Shown here in pieces: positions 1 to 13,811 of a stretch of DNA of 55,380 nt; position 1 is the stretch's first letter; every line of letters begins with the position of its first letter. The notes under the pieces were generated by a model that worked only from the letters and a program-made list of their open reading frames with translations, made no database searches and was not told the origin of the DNA. Both the position numbers and the translations under genes were made by a program. The DNA comes from Perkinsus olseni (lineage: Eukaryota): the NCBI GenBank assembly GCA_013115125.1, contig JABANN010000185.1:1-55380 (forward strand), read 5' to 3'.

Positions 1-583
1 TGGGTGGCGACCAACCAACGAACTCCTGTAGAGATGTATCCCACAACTTGAGGCCTGACAAGAGAGCGGAATTCGACATTATTGCTGGTAGGATGGGAAA
101 CACCTTCGCCTTGAATACAATGTGTGCAATCCGTTAGAGTCAGGCCTGCACTCGGTGACTGATCGATGTAACAGTAGTCATCATTGCAAGATACTCCATC
201 GTAACTGAAGCAGGATAGATCTCACTAAGACGTCTAGGTTGTACTGAATACGATGAACAGCTCCTGACAGCAGCCCCGCTGTATGCTTGATCTAGGGCGA
301 GGTTAGAAAGGAGGAGGGGGATGAAAACGGCCAGCGCCACACCTGCGTAACAGCGTTGAATACCTAACCTATGGAGAACAGCTGCCTTGAAACAGGAAGG
401 TGTCTTATTCATGATATTAGCCTCCAACTGACCTCCTATAGGAGTAAATCCAGCACCGTAAAGATACCAGGCTAATCGTTCCTTGGAGAAGGACTTCCCA
501 CATAAGGTCGCATCATCTGCACATAAGCTCTTGTCAGCCAGAGCATCTTCCACACTGGGGCGGGCTGATGAGGTCGAAGCCAT
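1..583 (-). CDS. ATG22/UMF1-like MFS transporter, 5' part (runs off window; multi-exon)
   Basis: MASTSSARP... then SKERLAWYLY and YAGVALAVFIPLLLSNLA, resembling the first TM region of Atg22/UMF1-family permeases. Confidence 0.6.
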
Positions 584-729
584 CTCAGGTGTGATTTGAA
601 AACAGATCCGTGAGATCTGCACAGCCACTTCCCGGAGATACTCACAGGAAGCGTGGCAATCAAACTCGTCGATGCGAGATCGGCATAGAGCAGCCCTTAT
701 GCACAGAAGTTCGGGTTGGGGAAGAAAGG

Positions 730-1451
730 TTTGGCGCTCATGATGCTTACCCTTATCTAAGAGACTCATTCTCGCGCATCGTCGCGGAATAGAATGTTAG
801 CACAAGTTAGAGAGACGGGAACTCTCCAGCACTTTTAATTCCTCCAACAGATTAGAGGATTCCACTAAAGTTCTCTCCGTGGAATGCAAAATCCGAGCCC
901 ATCGTGACGGAACTATATCCTATATAGACTGGTCATTAGTCTGGTCATCATCCATGCAGTTCGTACCGTTCGACACGAAATCCCGGAGTCGAGAACTCGA
1001 CCAGCCTGCACTCGCGTACCTCTCTGTTGTTCATTAAGCGCATGTACGCGTGTACACAACAGCATTTCCTGTGCATGCGTGTACAGCTAATTGCTTACAA
1101 GGAAGTAAGCTCCGGAGAAAACTCTGTCGAGAACTTGTCTCATCTTGCGTTATCTATAAGCGATATCAAAGAACCAACACCCGCGCGGCACCTTCCAGCA
1201 TACCGCCGGAGACTCAGTTAATTGTAACACCCCTCTAAGGATCGAGTGGCTGATGAGGCAGATCACGGACTTCTTTCATGTGCTTCATGTTTTGGCGAGG
1301 TCAGATAAGTCGTTTTGGCCTTTCTCAACTGTAGGCAGATCGACGCGCGTACTTTGGTACAAACTTCGTCAACGCCACGCAGTTTATGAATAGCAAGTTG
1401 GGCGAGACATTGCTGCATCAAAGGATCGGGAGTATCTCCAGTGCGACCCAT
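730..1451 (-). CDS. small hypothetical multi-exon protein (boundaries uncertain)
   Basis: MGRTGDTPDPLMQQCLAQLAIHKLRGVDEVCTK follows an AG acceptor and precedes a GT donor; no recognisable family. Confidence 0.25.
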
Positions 1452-1626
1452 GGTGAAACGCCTCAACGCTTGTCTGCAAATAGGCCAGTTGATCTCGGAC
1501 ACCCAATAACACTCAAAATGAGTCATTTACAGCAACGCAATGTAATTGGAAAAGCCGTGCACTTGAGTAAAGGGACAGTGATTGTGAACAGCGATGTGGT
1601 ATACAAAAATGGTAATAATCTAACGA

Positions 1627-4600
1627 TCAGCTGCCACTCCTATTCACTATTCTGATACGTCTTCGATCCTCGCTATTCACTTCACGCCGGGACCTGCCAT
1701 CGAGTAATTCTCGCTTTCCACGGACTCTGTGGCAGAAAGGCAGGGCAGATCGGGACCCTTCACTCACCGTTTAGTGGGAGCACTGTCCTCTTCCTGCTCA
1801 TCGACGTCGTTGTCGTCCCCACGTACAATATCATCGCTAGTTTCCTCGCAGGATCTACCGTTAGCTCGACAGCCGAACTTCAGGAAAGGGTTGGACTCGA
1901 ACCTCTCGTAAACAGCGTGATCAACAATACGCCACCTGACATTCCACCACCGGTTTAACCTTAGCGGAGCACGGTCTGGCGATGGGATGGACTGTACCAC
2001 TCACTTAGAGCAACTATCACACTGAACCCATCCAATAGCAGCATCCTCACGACCAAGGACTTCGTTGTCCGCTCCAAGTGCTCCATCTGGCGGATCAGCG
2101 CAGGTGACTCCCTCTAAATCAGAACACTCGAACTGGGTCTCGCCTTGGTACCTGCGATGAGATACCAAACTTGATAGTTTGGCAAGAACGGAGGCAATCA
2201 CCGTTGATAGATGGACAGAATGACCCTTCGCCATTTACTGCACTTGGAGCACTGAATCCAGTTATCCTTCGCTGGTGAGGACCGATTCACCGACGCAGAA
2301 GACGAGGATCTGCACCGCAAACGATTCACAATGATGACAGTGATCTCGCGTCACCTTCTAATTCTCAGGGTACGCTTGCGTGTTGGCGGATTCGTCATCT
2401 CGTTCTCAAGAGCCGCAGAAGGTTCCTCAGTAGTAGTAGAAGGGGGTTGATAGGATCTAAGAATGAGGAAGACAACTCTCGACGGACCACAAAGGCAGTT
2501 GCACTCCTACTACCGGCGCGTCAGCTCCCTGTCAGTGAGACTACAGAGTCTGAGCAGGCCACCAACCACGCATTGGGCACCCATCCTAACCTCAGATGGA
2601 GAATAGCGATGACAACGAGCAAGGAGGCGCAGGTCCTCTTGCAGAGGTTCCACGCCACGATAATACCTCTGAAAGGGACACTAACCATTGACCTAGCCGC
2701 GCCGTACGGTCGTCGTACTCTCCGTTGAAGCCTTTGCTCGATCAGGCCCGTCCACATCGGGTATGCATTGTCTACGAGGAAGTCCCTCGGGTAGTCGGCA
2801 GAGTCGAATGGTGACTCGTGTATCAGTAGGCACACTCGTTGCAGCGCGTCAGGCTCGGGTAGCGGTATCGTTGTCTGGAAAGGGGATCATGCCACTCTCG
2901 ACAGGCGTAGAGATGATGAGCCGCACTGACCTGCGGACCCTCCGTGGGTCGATTGGACTGCAGTAGCCAATGCCCTTTCGGTAGAGGAGCTTCTCTCAAT
3001 CTCTCGAACCATGCCAGAATGAGGTCCGATCTAGCCTTACTTGGAGTAGCGGGGTACGTGCACGGTCCGGCAGCGAGGAAGGGATCAGACTCATCTGTAG
3101 AAGTGGCAGCTCATCCTGGTAGTCACTGATGCCTAACGCTCAGCGAATCATTCCCGCGGCATCGAGATCTGTACTGGACCATCCTCATTATCAATCCGTG
3201 ACAGTACAGGGGGATGGTCACGATGATGGCATTCTACAGGATGTTATAGAGTCGATGAGATCTTTCTTGTTGCTGTGCATTGATTATTAGTAAGAAAGGA
3301 AAAGAGTCTTACTATCTGTATATAGCTAATGCAAAGAATAATATGCGCGCTACAATAGTCAATGCACATCAATAAGAGAGATCTTATCGACTCTATAACA
3401 TCCTCTACTAGTATAGTTGTAGCGAACATCGATGGAGATCGACACTCACCTGATATATCGGCAACTTCTTCCTCCTCTGGTGTAAGACACCACGGCCAGC
3501 GCCATGACGATCCATCCACTTCAGCATGATACCCATCAATGGAGCCATTCTCTTCCTCATCATCGAAGGGAGATGTATCTCGTCTGGGGGGTACCAGCTC
3601 CCACGCACAGACGGCGAACGGCTTCCGATCCGATTCATCATCCACTTGTGAGGAGGACGAAGATGAGCTACTGTTATCACCCGGCTCTGTATTGATAACA
3701 TCTCTTACCTGATCGGAGAGAGCTGTGCTCTGAACAACAGGTGAGCCTCGTCATCATCATCTACAGCAGTCCACCTGTACGCGCTGTACTCACATTCATA
3801 TTCTTCCATCCCATCAGTCCTGGTACTGTTACTGTCCATGAGCTAGTCGTCGCTGTCTCCCCTTCCTCTGACCTTGCCTGATCTTCTTGTTGCCCAGCGG
3901 CCAATATGGACACCTCTTCCTCTTCATTAATTTCCTCATTGTAATCCACGATCTCCACAGTACTGAAGTTTTCATCATACTTTATCCGAGCCTGTGACCC
4001 TTCATGGGGAGGGCGGGCCCGCCAGTAGTCCAAAGCGGCCTTCATACGAGGTATGGGGACGAGTAAATCTGCATCACCATCAGAAGGTCGATAATGGAGA
4101 GTGAAGCGTTTGCCTGCTGCCGGGTGAGGGGATAGAACCTGCGTGCTTCAATGCATAGACGAAATCCTCTCACAAGGGCATCTGTGAGAGAACTCACCTC
4201 CATGGTCAGTCGTACCATGACCAAGTTACCAAACGCCGCGATATCAATTGGATTTATGGATTTGCATTCTGCAGCAGCTATACGCCTCTGGTCTTGCTCC
4301 CCCGGGAAAAGGTATGATGGGGGTGGTGAGGTACTGATTCGACAGTCCACCTGTTGAGAGTACCGTATAACATCACAAAACGAGGGAGACCTTTGATGGC
4401 CCTGCTAGCACTCACCGGTGCATGCCTATCAGCAACGCCAGCACACCAGCAGAAGGGATCGACATCATCGTTGGTGAGTAGAAGGTCAGGTCTCTCAGGA
4501 GGGAAATAGCGTACAGCGTCTCCAACTTGTGGCACATAAGTATCAGTATTAGGATTATGACCAGTGACCAAGAGCCATTCCCTCAAGCATTTGAGGCCTC

Positions 4601-7600
4601 TCCAAGCTGGGTCAATGTACTTCTTCAATACATCATTGGTTATCCTCACACTCCTCGGGTGATCAAGAGGAAGACAAGCGTTACATCGGTAGATGCCGTC
4701 GATTAACTTATCCATTTTCTGCCGTTCCTTCAGAGACTCATCGGACCTCAGACACCCGAGATGGGCCGAGGCGCCACGACAGCTCAAACGTGAACCACAG
4801 ATGACCGAAGCGCCAGAGTTCCCGCAAACATGGCAAATTGTACGGCCTGCTCGTCGCAGAACCCGCTTTAGATCTTCCACGACCAAGACGCGTCGGGGCG
4901 CTCCTCCAGTGACTTGAGGCGTTTCTTTGACTTCGACCCGTACACCATCCGCCGCTACTAGACAGGCACTGTGAATATAGACTGATGAGGCGGTATTAGA
5001 ATGCCGTAGGAGCGGGAGGTGGGGGAAGGCTTGGAGACAATCCTCACTGAGAACAATACGACATGTGCCTGGACAGCTGTTGCCGCCGTTGAATTCATCA
5101 CACATTGTATGAGGCGATGCCATCGACCATTGTTAGTAAACGATGACTATTGATCAGTAGTTTCTTACCTAAATTCGGCGAAGGGTCCTAGCAGCTCCCC
5201 GACACACGTCGATGGGCCCGAAGAATGGCAGAGCTCACAAGAGGCGTTAGGCGGTATATCAGCGTTGAAGGCTACAGTATGCACCGAAGGGAGGCCATGT
5301 ATCAGTCTGCGACGAGGACCAGCTGATCCCTCCTCTATAGTGGGCCCTAAGGAAGAGCGACTCCAATCACCGGAGAGGACAGGAGACGCCCCAACATACC
5401 ATCGGCCTCGTGCGTCGTGCTTCGCCTTCCGGTTCGACGTACTCTTCGCCTCCGTCGTCGGCGGCGATGATGCTCTCTCGAGCTCAGCTCATGCCTGGTG
5501 ACCTCTTCATCACCATCACCGCTATCCTCAGACACCTCATCTGTATAATCGGAATCGTACTCCTCATATATCGGAGGCCTGAAGCTTGGTTGTGGAATGT
5601 TGCCAGACTAGAATGCAACTCTCGACCTGTGCACCGTCCGGCCGGATCTCGTCATCATCCCTCTCGGCGCAGGCTCGATTATCGCTGAATCATCGTTGAC
5701 TCCGGAGTGACTGAGGGAGCAAGCTAATGCAGAAGGAAGGAAGGAAGCACATCTTGCACTTACGCAGCTGCCTCTTGAGAATGCCTCATTGGTGTTGCGA
5801 AACCGTCCTCAACGGCAGGAGGCCCATCTCTACCATCGACCCCATCATCGATGCTGATCGGTTGGGCCAGAGGGATAGTATATCTACAGCATTAAAAGTA
5901 CGACCCAATCGGCCCAATCGGCCCAATCGGCCATCGAACACCAACCCCTCCCCTCTTGTTGGTAGTCCTCGCAGATATACAGATTTGGAGCGGCCGCGTT
6001 TGAGCTTTGACGTTGGCCTCGCAGCTCCTGTGTAGAAGCTCTTCGGGTATGGCCTCATGTAAGCATCACAGAGGCGCTCACCGGGAGCAGTGCAATGCAC
6101 CTGAGGGGGAGAGCGATGGGTGGTAGAGCGTAGTGACAGAAGTTGTCGAGTTAATCGACTCACGCCCAAGAAATAATCCCCTTCAAAGAACTGCTCCTGT
6201 AATAGAGTATCTACACCGTTCATAGATGATCTGAGCTGAGCTGTTGAGAAGTAGTGTACCTGGAGGAGGAGGTGGAGTAGCGTTCTTGGTGTAGACCAGC
6301 GGATGATGCCCATGCATACGCATCCGAGGTTGTCGGTAACCACGAAGTCCCCTCTTCCGTCAAATTGCCCGTCGCAGAATTGTCTCGACGAATGGGAGTC
6401 ATCAGAGTGGCAGTTTGAAAGATCGAACCTGCTGGAATGAGTCTCAACAGATTAACAGGTTTGAGAGTAACATACTTATTAATAACCTGCGCACCCTTCT
6501 CGGCATCTATACGCCATAACGTCACACCGCCATCGTAAGAGCAGAGACAGAAGATGCAGGGGGACACAAATTTAGCCTGAAGCAAGGAGCGGTAGTGAGC
6601 TCAGGAAGCAAGTAGTTCCACCATCACGCGTTACCGGTAGGGCCACGTAAACCTCGCCATTGACCAATGAAGGATGTATGACAGCATCGACTAGTCTAGC
6701 CGACGACGCCTCGAACACCTACGGTAGACGATAGGCTGGAACGAGCTCACTACCACTGTACGGAGTGTCATAGTGAAGGGAGAGGACTCACCAGCGCACC
6801 ATAGCGGTACTCTCGGCCTTCGGTTGGAACAGTTGGGGTCTCATCTTTCGAATCCTCTACTGGATTCTCCGCCACACCGCATACAATATACCTGAAAGCT
6901 CTTCATTGTTACTTACCCCTTCTGGTCCGTAGCGTAACTCACCTGTCATCAGCCGTCCAAGAGAAGGTTCGTATAGCGTGATGACCCCAATAGCCCCGGA
7001 CTGATGGACATGCCTGAGGTCCCATGCATGTTGTTAAACACTGACTAGCAGGCCCACCCACCTTCGATAGATTACAGGACGTGATTTCACCATTAATGTA
7101 CGTCCGAACTAACGAGTCCCCAGTGGGGATGATGGGCCGAACCAGCTCTATGTACTCAGGTAGGGGGTTCAATGGGGTCGATAGACGCTGATCGACAAGC
7201 ATCATACTTAAATTAGGGAGGGACAATCCCTACCAGAGCTTCTATCCACTTCTGTCTCGGCCTGGTGTACATCGTCGACGAGGAAAGACGCCAGAGTACG
7301 AGACCGCCATGGTCATCGGACGAAGCACAGTCCCCGCTCAGGTTGTCGAAGCAGATGTGTGACACGACTTGTGTGTGCACGCCGCTGAGCTCAAACCTAG
7401 ATCAATAAACAGTGAGTGGAGAAGCGCACAAGGGAGATGGTACTCCAAGTGATGGTATTTGACCAGTTCAGGATTCCTAGCATCCATTTTCACCGGTCTA
7501 TCGCCATGCGGCTGGACCGAGAACACTCGGACACACTTATCGCTGCACCCGACAGCAAACCAGAAGTTCAAGTAGCCACGATGGTCGCCTTCCAGAATGG

Positions 7601-9411
7601 AGCCTGTGAACCATGAAAATGTGATAAACGTGGAAGATGATAGACATCGGCCTCACCGGAGGGTTCTATCGGCGACTGAGCCTTCGGCCCCGAGAAGGTG
7701 TCGAATCCACGTATGAGCTTACAGTCGACATCAAGATAATATCTGCAAGGGTAAACTCTGGATACGCTAGTAGAGGTAAAGTCACTACTTGCAATATGCC
7801 GTCAAGACCTCCCCTGCGTTATCCCGAGTGACAGTGGCGAGGTCCCATATGAATATCCCACCATCGCAGGTAACCGTTATGAACACCTACCGATAGGCAG
7901 CTACGGCGCTACTAGAGTGTGACGGTGGGTTACTTGCTCGTGATGTTGAGATGGGGAGAAGGCCATGAAGTGGACCTCAGCAGTGAACTGGAGTGCTGTT
8001 AAAGGATGGCTCTGCTGGTCCTCATCGCTCACCTTCCACAACCGAACCTTACACAAAACACCGCCCTGCAGAGTAAGACGAGGGCCGGCCCGGAGGCGAA
8101 GTCACATACTCATAATTTATTACCGTCTTGTCAGTGGCTGAAGAGGCGACTATCGTGTCACAGTAATTAACAGCAGTTTCCATAACCTGGGGGTAGTGAC
8201 AACTAAGGTGATTAGAGATCATAAAGGTCTCGCTGTCAGTACCTCTCCTGTATGCCCAGCCAAGGTCGATTTCAGCCTCCCCGTCTTAGCGTCCCAAACC
8301 CTCAATCGATAGTCATCACCACCAGTCACAATTACACGAGACATGCATGCAAAGCGAACACAATACCTGACAAGTTTCCCTCGTCTTTGGCTGGAGTAGG
8401 GGGTTATCTACACTGGAACAGCCTGGTAGTCGTTTGACCCCTGCGGATTGGGTAGATCATCCTCATTCGGACCCGGTGCTGGGGAACGATGTCCGAATAC
8501 CGACCATACGCGTTGAAGTTTCCGAGAATGCAACACGGACACGGCCAAGGATGAGGGCCGATGAGGTCGGTGGACCTGCAGGAGCGTCCACTGCCTTACG
8601 CGTCAACGAAAGAGCCTGCCACCACTTATGGTAGAATGCTCACCCTTGTCCGCTCAAAAGACGAAGAGTACTGCGAGTGTGGCCCCAGGAGTATTGATGC
8701 CTAACCGACTCACCGTGGAATGCAGCCCTCGCCTCGATATTGAACGGTACACGGATGACCATACCTCGCCGTCACGGTGGGCTGCATCATCGTCTGGATT
8801 CCCCTCGGGATGAAGCAGCGACCTGGGCTACAAACTGCCACAGACAGATCATTGTCACCCGCCCCTCTGCAGCCTCACACCCCTTCCTGAGTCTACCCTG
8901 ACCACGCTACTACCTTCCACTGCAAAGGTCCATGAGTCGGTCTCCCGGGACTCCATGTAAATCCAGATTCCGGATTGCCGAGTAGGGCCTTGGCCTAGGA
9001 AGAGCAGTGTAGGAGTCATCCCCTCGCAGTGAAGACTATACCCGTATAGCCCAGATGCCTCGGCCTCGGACCTCAGTACATCAGCAGCTGAAGTCAGTGC
9101 CTGATGAACTCAACGGTACACTGCCTAGGGCGGCATAATCAGTCTAGGGGGGATCATGAGTCGATGCTAGCACGATGCAGAGCAGAACAGGGAAGCCCGA
9201 GCCTAGCTGGGATGCATCGGTCATCTATGGACCAGACCAACGACTTCAAGAGTAGGGGAGAATTTCGTCGTGGAGCGTGGAAATGGATATCCCAGCAGCC
9301 AGCTACTACCCCTCGCTCTTGGAGTGTCTCCAACATCCTCGTTATCAACAGCAACATGTCTCGGCAGTTACCGTCCCTTTCGAGGATATCTCTTCCCTCC
9401 TGTCTATTCAT
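1627..9411 (-). CDS. BRWD/PHIP-like WD40 + PHD-like + cryptic Tudor + bromodomain protein with two C-terminal zf-CW fingers (many introns)
   Basis: WD40 repeats (FAVGCSDKCVRVF, LCSYDGGVTLW); PHIP-type motifs WL...YVPQVGDAVRYFP and CAWELVP; Cys/His PHD-like fingers ~4670-5260; bromodomain-like YPMWTGLIEQRL..RYYRGVEPLQEDL; CW fingers WIQCSKCSKWR and WVQCDSCSK|WR. Confidence 0.75.
3238..3404. repeat. intronic 49-bp inverted repeat (hairpin/MITE-like) flanked by CTAC direct repeat
   Basis: 3238-3286 pairs with 3356-3404: 44 Watson-Crick pairs, 4 G-U (on + strand), 1 mismatch; AT-rich spacer. Confidence 0.85.
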
Positions 9412-9669
9412 GATGATGATGAGACATCCGCCCTAGGGCTGGGAATGCTGGCCAACTGAGTATCACATTCTAGTCGTCACCGTCTATTAGACATTTCACG
9501 AGACCCGGGGTAACATCGCCCAATCGGTTTCCACTTGATTGCTAGTTCCCTCATTAACCTTCTTACTGTGCACGCAAAGACCATCAGTGTAGCAATAGTA
9601 GTGACGAGAAAATGGGTGATAAAAATACGCCGAGCACTCTGCGAACTCACACCACCACACCCGTGTTAC

Positions 9670-10235
9670 CTACGAAGAGACGTATGACCGACACAAGGAG
9701 GGGCAACTGATCGGCAAATGATCCAGTGGCCGAGCGAAGTGCGTGTGAGCTGACACTAGTCCCAGGGAATGCCATCAAGGTTCGAACGGTTACTACCAAT
9801 CCTTTGCAATCCTTTAGGGGTTTGTTTGGCACACTGTTTGGTAACCTCATCATCTAGCATCTCCGTATGTAGCCAGTTGAACCTGAATCAAGACTACGGC
9901 GTCGGGTCGGATGCTACTGACATGGTCATCATTACCGGTCGTTAATGACCTCTCTTGCGTTGAGCTTCCTCAATTCCTTCGTCCAATACACAGCCGACCC
10001 AGCACGATAGATGAAGGGAAGGGACAGTACGGCCAAGAATGTGGTACCCATGACCGCGGGAGAGCTCCAGAAGGTTGACTGAGATGATGAAGACTATGAA
10101 TGCTACACCAGCAACTACTACTAATACCTCCCTGAATGCTGCCTTGAACCCTCCTGCAGTCTTGAGGCTCTGGACCACACCCGCAGGGTGCGCAGCAGCA
10201 GCAGGGGCTAGACGACCGAAGGCAACCCGGAACAT
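9670..10235 (-). CDS. small mitochondrial single-TM protein, possibly myzozoan respiratory-complex accessory subunit
   Basis: presequence-like MFRVAFGRLAPAAAAH; spliced product ...TFLAVLSLPFIYRAGSAVYWTKELRKLNAREVINDR|FNWLHTEMLDDEV; last exon uncertain. Confidence 0.55.
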
Positions 10236-10489
10236 TCAAGTAGAAAACCAGACAACTGTAACAACACACCAATCTCATTACGATGCACGTCCATATCAAT
10301 CCACAGAGTGAGCGGTACGCAGTCCACTACGAGTCATCTCGGAGAGATGGTTCTCATCCTGCATGTCTTCCAGAGTTTAATCTCTCCAGATAATGACATA
10401 TAATGAAAGAGATCCTAATAGTTTCATCCCGAGCGAGGGACAACAAACTGAGCGCAACCTTATCGAGCCACTCGAACACGACTAGATAC

Positions 10490-11115
10490 CGTAGGTGGGG
10501 TCATCTGGCAGCCCGTCAAGGCTGAATTCATGGGGTAAAACTGTCGTCATTCCAGCGCCTTCGAAAGGTGCCGAGCCACAGCAAAGTTCGTACCTAGTCC
10601 GCTCAGTAGTAAATAATTACTAACACCAGTGGTTACTGAACGTCCCCCGTCCAACAGTCCTCTGCTCCCCGAGGCCTCCCTGACGCTGTACTGCAGCACC
10701 GTTCACAGGTGTAGTGGTCATGGTCGAAGCATGCTGGAAGGGAAGTCGGTGGACATCCTGCTTGACTATGCATCACAAGCATGGCATATGATACGGAGTG
10801 TAGCAACATTTGGTACTGCCGTGGAGGTACAGTAATAGCCCAACTCACTAAGCATTGACAACCACGATGTTTCCAACAGTAACGATGAAATCCCCTGTAT
10901 CCCAGGGGTATTTTCTCTACGCCGCTGATCACCGTACGCTGGATGTGAAAATTTCGCGGACGCATCTCGATCTAGATCCGCAGAAATACAAGCCCGCTGG
11001 GGAAGCGTTCAAGGCCCCACAGGATCAACGTCAGCACTCCAGATGGTTAGTAGACATCTTCGGAGGTGCTATAACGCTTCCAGGATCGCTAGTCACACGT
11101 TCGATCCTTTTTTGA
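10490..11115 (+). CDS. hypothetical multi-exon protein (start unresolved)
   Basis: coding-like segments 10629-10835 and 10855-11115 separated by short GT-AG intervals. Confidence 0.3.
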
Positions 11116-11487
11116 GTGTGAACGGAATTATACACATCGGACGTGGTAAAATATTGACATCACAAGTGAGACGTTTACCAAACTTAACCGGCCAGGCGAA
11201 CAAGCAGCGCCCCAAGCAGCAGAGGCCAATCAATTGTGGGTCGTATAGACATGCTCAGACAGATAGATGCAACTGAAGGAGCGCTCTTCAGAGATTGATT
11301 GAAACCGTTATGAATCCTGTGAGCGTCGCGCGCCACGAAATTCGTGACGCCGGAGAGGAGACACACGAACGCATCTTGGAACACTAACACGGAGTCCTAC
11401 TATTCGCTTATGCTGGCAGCAGTTTTTGCATTATTTTCTATTATCTAACCTCGGACGTCTAGTCTGAATTCGTATTTTACACGTACC

Positions 11488-13026
11488 ATGCAACACAAGA
11501 GTAATGGACTGCTGTCCTACAGCAACGCCCTCACGACACGGTACCGATGACCGGCGTATCAACTTGATACTAATATCGTTTCTCTTTTCAGATTTGAGGA
11601 GTCCAGCTTGATCATCTATAACAGCGGTTTTACATGTACTGTGGTGCAGGGGCGTGACTTTGTTACCGGCAATGTGCGTAGCAACATTCGGAATTACGTT
11701 CGGTCGAGGTGTTTCCGTTTAGAAAGTCGCCATTAAATTGGTACAGAAAAAGAAGCTCGTGAGTGATGCCGAAATAGAACGGGCGAGGTGAGCCTCGATC
11801 CTTGGCGATCTTCCCAACGTGTCCTATCAGATGTGAATTGAAGTTCCATTCGAAGCTAGCGAATTCTAATATAGTCCCGCTTTTAGCGTGTGAGGAAACA
11901 CAAGAAGGATTCCTCACAGTCACACCCTATGGTACGGTAACCACCCAGCACCCATCAGAAATACTGTTTGATGATCAGCATCGGATGGAGACCTTCACGA
12001 GTTGACGCATTGTACTACTTTGACCGAAGAAGCAGCAAGGAATTGCATCAGTCAAGTACGCAGGGTATGCTATACCGCCATATTGCCATCAACCCCGTCA
12101 GATCGCAGCTGCAATCACGTACATGCACGATGAGAAAAGGCTCGTTCATGGAGATATCAAACCGGTAGTGGTTAGGAGAGTGTTCTGTCAGCCTCTACTG
12201 AGGGAGGATTCTTCAAGTTGCTCAATTCTGGGTTTTCAGCATAATATGTTATTACGGAAAATAAACGGCAAATACGTGGTCCAACTATGTGACTTTGGTT
12301 TTACTGAGGAGCTCAGACCCGTCACCGATGACGTGCTTTTCACTCAGCTCAAGGGTGAGGGAGTTACTCTCTACGACCACTACAAAGCCCGGTGGCTCTC
12401 CTTCAGGTACATCTGGGTATTTCGCCCCTGAGCAACTTTTAGGTCGAAATTATGATGGAAAAGTTGACGTTTTCGCCATGGGCGTAATTGCGTTCACACT
12501 GATCGGGGTAATGACTCCGATGTTGTCTTACCGCGCGGACGAACGAGCAGTCTCTCTTGTTCTTCAGGGTTATGAGCCCTTCTACCCCCCGGATAATATG
12601 GCGGAAGCAGTAGAGTTTGAGCCACGATATTGGCGGCATATCAGCAATGAAGCCAAGGATTTCCTCACACGGTGCTTCAGGGTCGTATTATGGGATGCTG
12701 TCATCGTTCTGAGCCGTCTTAGATGTTTGAGTATCGATCCACAGCAACGGATGACTGCCAAGGAGGCTTTAGAACATCCATGGATGACGATGCAGGTGAG
12801 ATGCGGTACGAAGTTTATGTTGAAACGCACTAGTTGTCAGATCTCCCAACAAGATTCTATGGAGGATGCATTGGCTCCACCGCCAGACAGCAGCATAGAG
12901 TTCTGGAATGTGAATGACATAATCAATAATAAACGCTCGGAGACGAAGGAGGAAGCTAGCCAAATAACGGCAAATGACGGGCCAATGAAGAATGGATGGT
13001 CAGCACCGTGCATTGACTGCGATTGA
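11488..13026 (+). CDS. CAMK-like Ser/Thr protein kinase (~10 short introns)
   Basis: KVAIK, LVHGDIKP|HNMLL, LCDFG, KGTSGYFAPE, KVDVFAMGVIAF, ISNEAKDF, RMTAKEALEHPW. Confidence 0.9.
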
Positions 13027-13739
13027 ATAGGTATCTCAATTTCTCAGTTTCACACCGACGCCCATCAGTCATCTGGCTGCCATGCTCGCGTGTGCTGACG
13101 TCGCTGCTGGGCCACAGAAGGGACCGTAGTCTCCATCATAGGACCGCCCTGGCATAGTTCTTCTATTAAGTCCAGGATTGTTGCCGCTGCATGTTTTATG
13201 CTGATTGATTTAACTTTTTATACGACTGACTTGCTACCAGTACTGCTGCTGCTACTGCCGACGGCTGACTGACTGTTAATCTCACCGGAAGGTGGAATTC
13301 TGCGTAGTTCAACAATGGCGGAATAGGAAGATGACTCGGCTGCAGGACCATGAATTCCTTCTCGATGAATTCCGGTACCTTTTTTTATAATAAGAGGCGG
13401 GAGTGTGAGGATTCATTCCGATCGTTGCGTTATACATGAATAAGATGGAGGTCGGCTGCTCGGTACCCTGTCAGGGTAACCCTGATCATCATCGCACTTG
13501 TTTTCATCTTTGACCATCTGCAATCTCACGAGCTGACATTCTCGAATCGAGCCGCTGGCAAGTCGGGCTTGTTCAATGAATAGAGTTCGGAAGAGTCACC
13601 ACTGGATTAATCTGATGAAGATTATGGCATAATCATTATGCGAGATTGAGAGAAAATGAGGCATAACAACTTGTATGCGACAATGTCATCCCCGCGAGTG
13701 TTGCACCAGCAAACAAATGTAAACTTCCGCCAAATACGA

Positions 13740-13811
13740 AGGGCGCGCCCGGATTTGAACCGAGGACCTGCTGATCTGCAGTCAGCCGCTCTACCACTGA
13801 GCTACACACCC
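13740..13811 (-). tRNA. tRNA-Cys (GCA)
   Basis: GGGTGTGTAGCTCAGTGGTAGAGCGGCTGACTGCAGATCAGCAGGTCCTCGGTTCAAATCCGGGCGCGCCCT folds to a full cloverleaf; anticodon loop CTGCAGA. Confidence 0.95.

Noticed and set aside
1893-1903. Perfect B-box GGTTCGAGTCC on - strand
   Set aside because: Encodes RFES within a CW-finger exon; no tRNA context
5904-5932. CCCAATCGG x3
   Set aside because: Simple 9-nt slippage repeat with no further structure
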